Below are positions 52,423 through 56,236 of a stretch of 56,236 nt of DNA, in pieces. The position numbers were made by a program, and so were the translations under genes. How positions within the stretch are numbered: the stretch's first letter is position 1; each line of letters opens with the position of its first letter. The stretch is from Bacteroidales bacterium (GTDB taxonomy: Bacteria; Bacteroidota; Bacteroidia; Bacteroidales; UBA932). The stretch lies in assembly GCA_017631175.1 (NCBI GenBank), contig JAGBTT010000197.1, positions 1-56,236 of the forward strand, in the 5' to 3' direction. The notes under the pieces are model-generated. The model had not been told where the DNA came from and did not search any database. It saw only the letters and a list, made by a program, of their open reading frames with translations.

Positions 52423-53550
52423 ATGGCAGGAAATACATTGGGCGATTTATTAAAAGCGGGTCAGCTAGATTTGCTTAAACAGGTGTCTGCTGATAGCAAA
52501 TCAGCTGTCAAGAAACCAGTTGCAGATACGGGCAAGAATAAGACTACAACTTCTCAAACTCCAACTGCAGTAAAATCTAGCGTTGCAGAAGACTATAAGA
52601 TATTTCATTCGTATGTAAGGGCGGTCGTGCAGAAAAGTGAACTGTACGACACTATGTTTGATTATGGAGATGAAGAGTCATTTGCAACTATATCAGAGTT
52701 ATATGATAATCCAGTGTGCAAGGATATCATTGACTATTTTGCTTGTCGCTTCTTCGACGGAGAGTTTGATTACTTGGATTCTATCGCAACTGATTGTGAG
52801 CAAGGAAATGATAAGACTCCTGATGAATATGCTGTGGTTTTGGGTCACAAAGTTCCTATCACATATCAAGAGGAATATGATCTATTGTCATTGTTGTGTT
52901 CGACTGCTGTTAGTCTAGACGGTCGTTTTGATGATGAACCTGTAGAAGAAACGGTTATTGTCTATAAACGCCCTCTGTCATCAGATAAAAAAGTAGAAGA
53001 GACACAGCGCGCTTTACCTTATCAGTATCCTAAAGTTCAGCCTGGTGCAAAACAAAACCAGGCAAAGAGCACTAAAAAAGATAAGCCTGCTAAGCCTGTT
53101 GTGGCGCCGTTAGAGAAACCTAAGCAAGATTTAGTAGTTAAGCGTAAACTTTCTCTTGAAGAGCAGCACGAGCAAAAGACTTTGGAATTAAGGAACCATC
53201 TTGAACATGCATACCCACAGTTGGGTATAACGGACATAGTTGCAGACCTTTACAGGAAAGAAAAGTATGGTTCTATATTTACGCTCTTTAAGACTTTGCA
53301 AAAGGAGTACTATGCAAAACAAAGCTCACTAGATGTCTCTACATTCAGAATTTATTGGGAAAACGCTCATCATTATGTTAATGTATTTATTCGTGGAAAG
53401 AGGCGAGTATCGACTGGCTCGGTAGTAGGGTATAGAAAACGTAGTTTTAAGTCGCATGTCGCAACTTCTGGAGTTTGGAGTAGAATGGCCCTTTATGGAG
53501 GAACAAATGGAAGAATTATTCGCATAAATGCAGGACACGGAAGGAGATAA
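52423..53550 (+). CDS. Hypothetical protein (acidic core, Lys-rich linkers, basic tail)
   Basis: 375-aa ORF in AT-richer DNA, followed by a terminator. Confidence 0.7.
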   Translation: MAGNTLGDLLKAGQLDLLKQVSADSKSAVKKPVADTGKNKTTTSQTPTAVKSSVAEDYKIFHSYVRAVVQKSELYDTMFDYGDEESFATISELYDNPVCKDIIDYFACRFFDGEFDYLDSIATDCEQGNDKTPDEYAVVLGHKVPITYQEEYDLLSLLCSTAVSLDGRFDDEPVEETVIVYKRPLSSDKKVEETQRALPYQYPKVQPGAKQNQAKSTKKDKPAKPVVAPLEKPKQDLVVKRKLSLEEQHEQKTLELRNHLEHAYPQLGITDIVADLYRKEKYGSIFTLFKTLQKEYYAKQSSLDVSTFRIYWENAHHYVNVFIRGKRRVSTGSVVGYRKRSFKSHVATSGVWSRMALYGGTNGRIIRINAGHGRR

Positions 53551-53580
53551 AAGCTTTCAAATTAAATAGTTATATATCTA

Positions 53581-53614
53581 AATGACCGATTGCGCTAATG
53601 TGATCGGTCATTTT
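53581..53614 (+). terminator. Intrinsic terminator
   Basis: aatgaccgat...atcggtcatt plus T-run. Confidence 0.7.
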
Positions 53615-53757
53615 ATTTCCCCCTTCGTTCTGATTGGTAAAAAATGTCAAATTAACTTTTGACTTTCCATTAGATAAGTTTGACAAAACTGATAAACTTG
53701 AGTATATTTGTAAGAGCTAGCGGAGTGATCCGCAAGCGTAATAATGATGTGTAATAT

Positions 53758-54720
53758 ATGATGAGAGAAGACAATGCCGTACAGGTGCAGAATGTATCCT
53801 GGAATGGCCTGCAGACTGTCGGTGAGGACGACTGGAGGTTCCTGCTTGAGATGTTCCTGAATTCTCAGGACATCAGCGAGAAGAGCCGTCAGACCTATTC
53901 GTGGGCGCTTATGCGCTACTTCGATTGGCTTCGTGTGACTGGTCGCAGGCTGAGCGGGCTTACTCCTGCAGACATAGTCGGTTATAAGAGCTATCTCCTT
54001 GGCAGGAAACTCTCACCGCTGACCGTGAGTGCTTACATGAGCGCTCTTCGCCAGTTCTATTGCTGGACAGAGGTCTGCATGTTCTATCCGAACATAGCAA
54101 GAAGCGTCAAGGCTCCCCGTTCGAAGAAGGGATTCGTAAAACTCCCTCTTACAGCCGAACAGGCAGGTGAGCTTCTTGATTATCTTAAGAGTAAGTCACC
54201 GAGGAATTACGCCATTGTCAATCTTATACTCAGGACCGGTCTGAGAACTATCGAAGTGTCTCGACTGGATGTCAAGGATGTCGTTACCAAGAGAGGTAGG
54301 CGAGTACTGCAGGTATGGGGAAAGGGAATGTCCGGAAAGGACAGCCTTGTTATCCTTAACGAACCTGCATGGAAGCCTATAAAGGCGTATCTCGCGACTC
54401 GCAAGGCAGTTAAAGGTGATGAACCTCTTTTCGTTACTGACGGAAAGGGCCATAGAGGACAGCGTCTGTCTCCAAGAAGCATCCAGGATATCTGTAAGCA
54501 GTCACTCAGAGCAATCGGTCTGGATAGCCACGAGTTTTCGGCTCATTCACTGAGGCATTCGGTAGGAGTAAATATCCTGCGCGCCGGAGGTGATATGAAG
54601 GATGTCCAGCGAGTCCTCAGGCACTCTTCACCGGTCACATCGCAGATCTATACGGCTACTGTAGAGGAAGAGATAAGACTCGAAAGGAATCCGGAGGCTC
54701 TGCTGAACGATATGTTTTGA
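53758..54720 (+). CDS. Tyrosine recombinase (XerC/D-like, no arm-binding domain)
   Basis: TGLRTIE, GKG, SAHSLRHS, LRHSS...QIY; SAM-like N-domain; TATATTTG box at 53703. Confidence 0.92.
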   Translation: MMREDNAVQVQNVSWNGLQTVGEDDWRFLLEMFLNSQDISEKSRQTYSWALMRYFDWLRVTGRRLSGLTPADIVGYKSYLLGRKLSPLTVSAYMSALRQFYCWTEVCMFYPNIARSVKAPRSKKGFVKLPLTAEQAGELLDYLKSKSPRNYAIVNLILRTGLRTIEVSRLDVKDVVTKRGRRVLQVWGKGMSGKDSLVILNEPAWKPIKAYLATRKAVKGDEPLFVTDGKGHRGQRLSPRSIQDICKQSLRAIGLDSHEFSAHSLRHSVGVNILRAGGDMKDVQRVLRHSSPVTSQIYTATVEEEIRLERNPEALLNDMF

Positions 54721-54794
54721 TTGAGCCCTTCTGTTTGAAGAGTACAGTTTCAATGGGTTAATCAGCGGACCAAGATTAACCAAATATACACATC

Positions 54795-55763
54795 ATGAAA
54801 CTGTATTTAACTAGAAATGAAGCTGCCGAGCTGCTTGGTGTATCGCCGCAGACTGTCAGCAATTACTTGGCCAAAGGCCTGCTTGTGGAAAGCACCACAC
54901 GAAATTCCGAATCAAAGGCACTCCGCATTCTTGCCTCTTCCGTTCGTAATCTTATGAAGGAGGGCTACGATGTCATTGAACAGTATAAGGCAATGGAGGC
55001 CTGCCAGAAGGAGGTGAAGCAGATGAGAGATGATTTGGCCATGCAGAAGGATGAACTGGAGAAGACTCATCAGTTGATGGTCATCAGAGACAAGTTCTAC
55101 AATAATATCAGAGAGGTGGCAGAGATTCTGACCGCTTATCTGAAAGGGAATGACATCCTGCAGGGTATCCGTGAGGAATATGTGATAGACTTGTTGTCCG
55201 GAAAGCGATGGGAGCATATCGCCTGGAGAAAAGGTGTGTCCAAGGCTAGCATAAGAAGTATATATGTAAAGGCTTTGAAGATACTGTCTGATGGAAAGAA
55301 GCCATCTAATGCTGAGCTGAGAGATGAAATAGCGAACCTTAAGATTCAACTAAATCTGGAGAAGAAACGAAACGCTGTCCTGGAAGAAATCGTAAGAGAA
55401 AAGCAGGTCGATGATGACATTATGAAGATTGTTGATGAGCGTGTCATCAAGATTCCAAATGAACTAGTAGGTTTTCGATATATTCCTATGAGCGTCCGAT
55501 TGTATAATATCCTTAGGGCTAGAGATATAGAGCATTTCTATGAACTGGCACTAGTGAATCGCAAATTTTTCACTGGTTCACGAAACTGTGGAAACAAGAC
55601 ATTAAATGAGGCTATCCTGTTGATGGAGAAGATGGGGCTGGAGTTCAATGATATTGAATCTCTCAATAGTCCGAAAGTCCAGTCATTGCCGGGACCGTAT
55701 ATTGAAGTCTCAGTCGGTGCCCTAAAAGCTAGAAACAAGGAGTTAATAGAGAGGTTTGGATAA
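54795..55763 (+). CDS. Excisionase-like HTH + coiled coil + sigma-region-4-like HTH + RNA polymerase alpha-CTD-like domain
   Basis: LTRNEAAELLGVSPQTVSNY; WEHIAWRKGVSKASIRSIYVKAL; MSVRLYNILR...RNCGNKTLNE. Confidence 0.75.
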   Translation: MKLYLTRNEAAELLGVSPQTVSNYLAKGLLVESTTRNSESKALRILASSVRNLMKEGYDVIEQYKAMEACQKEVKQMRDDLAMQKDELEKTHQLMVIRDKFYNNIREVAEILTAYLKGNDILQGIREEYVIDLLSGKRWEHIAWRKGVSKASIRSIYVKALKILSDGKKPSNAELRDEIANLKIQLNLEKKRNAVLEEIVREKQVDDDIMKIVDERVIKIPNELVGFRYIPMSVRLYNILRARDIEHFYELALVNRKFFTGSRNCGNKTLNEAILLMEKMGLEFNDIESLNSPKVQSLPGPYIEVSVGALKARNKELIERFG

Positions 55764-55781
55764 GCCTCTGAGAAATGAATA

Positions 55782-55803
55782 GAGCTGTGCGATTGCACAG
55801 CTC
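55782..55803 (+). terminator. Terminator-like hairpin
   Basis: gagctgtgc-gatt-gcacagctc. Confidence 0.55.
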
Positions 55804-56145
55804 ATTCTCTTTACGCGATTCTAGCATTGCGCTTAATGGACAATAGGCGAAATGTAAGTTCGTTAATAGCATGATTACTATAGCTTAATAGTTGTTTACA
55901 TATTTATTTAATCGACATTAAGAGTATAAGATTAAAGCAATGGTTTCTATCATAAAACATTTCTTATCTTTGTAGTAACCTATACATTAATAAAAAAGCT
56001 ACAATAATTATCATGATGATGCAGGTTGGGAAGAGAAACTCGGTTCGAGTTTACGAGTGGTCAATATGGCGAGTATCTAAGAGGTCCAATTGATTCTGAT
56101 AAGTTCAGTTTATAGGCATCTATTTAGATTAAATTAAGTTAGAAT

Positions 56146-56236
56146 ATGGAAAATTACCGACTTACCCTAGAAGACATTCTTTCTTTAGATTATTACGAAG
56201 ACTTAGTTTATTTTATTGTTGATAAAATAGATAAGG
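56146..56236 (+). CDS. 5' end of a gene truncated by the window edge (MENYRLTLEDIL...)
   Basis: ATG with A-rich context, open to the edge; TATCTTTG box at ~55965. Confidence 0.45.
   Translation, partial: MENYRLTLEDILSLDYYEDLVYFIVDKIDK

Larger units (their letters stand above)
14608..55803. mobile_element. Plasmid-like or integrative mobilizable element backbone (boundaries not determined; may include the defence island)
   Basis: Rep_3 + iterons, relaxase, RHH protein, SSB, T4CP, traO, radC, tyrosine recombinase; no housekeeping genes in the window. Confidence 0.7.

Noticed and set aside
53758-56236. attL/attR site or target tRNA next to the recombinase
   Set aside because: No tRNA or boundary direct repeat found by eye.

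Overview
Bacteroidales-type mobile DNA (many TAnnTTTG -7 promoter boxes, type V pilins, YWFCY-type coupling protein), probably part of a large plasmid or replicating integrative element. From left to right: (1) 1-14.6 kb, a visibly AT-richer defence island with RloC-like anticodon nuclease, a two-gene helicase/N6-MTase R-M system, an McrA-like HNH nuclease, a possible Druantia-III-like pair running off the left end, and an odd MTase/TRD-like-REC fusion. (2) 16.1-34.6 kb, a ~18.5 kb minus-strand surface operon: TraO-like and DUF3575 barrels, two TraQ-like repeat lipoproteins, three small paralogous unknown proteins, an OmpA-like/TPR lipoprotein, three FimA-like stalk pilins, a FimB/Mfa2 anchor and three tip pilins. 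Its spacers contain a 96-nt tRNA-like element and repeated hairpins. (3) A Rep_3 initiator with 22-bp iterons, then radC. (4) A WYL regulator whose three neighbouring promoters share an identically spaced TGCC-N7-GGCA box, in front of nuclease/MBL genes and two micro-peptides. (5) A hydrolase/PARG/HD/acidic-protein block on the likely leading side of oriT. (6) mobA-ssb-relaxase-T4CP, a tyrosine recombinase, and an HTH-alphaCTD fusion. An exact 17-bp sequence is shared by the pilus-operon and mob promoters. All family calls come from motif recognition by eye; no searches were run.
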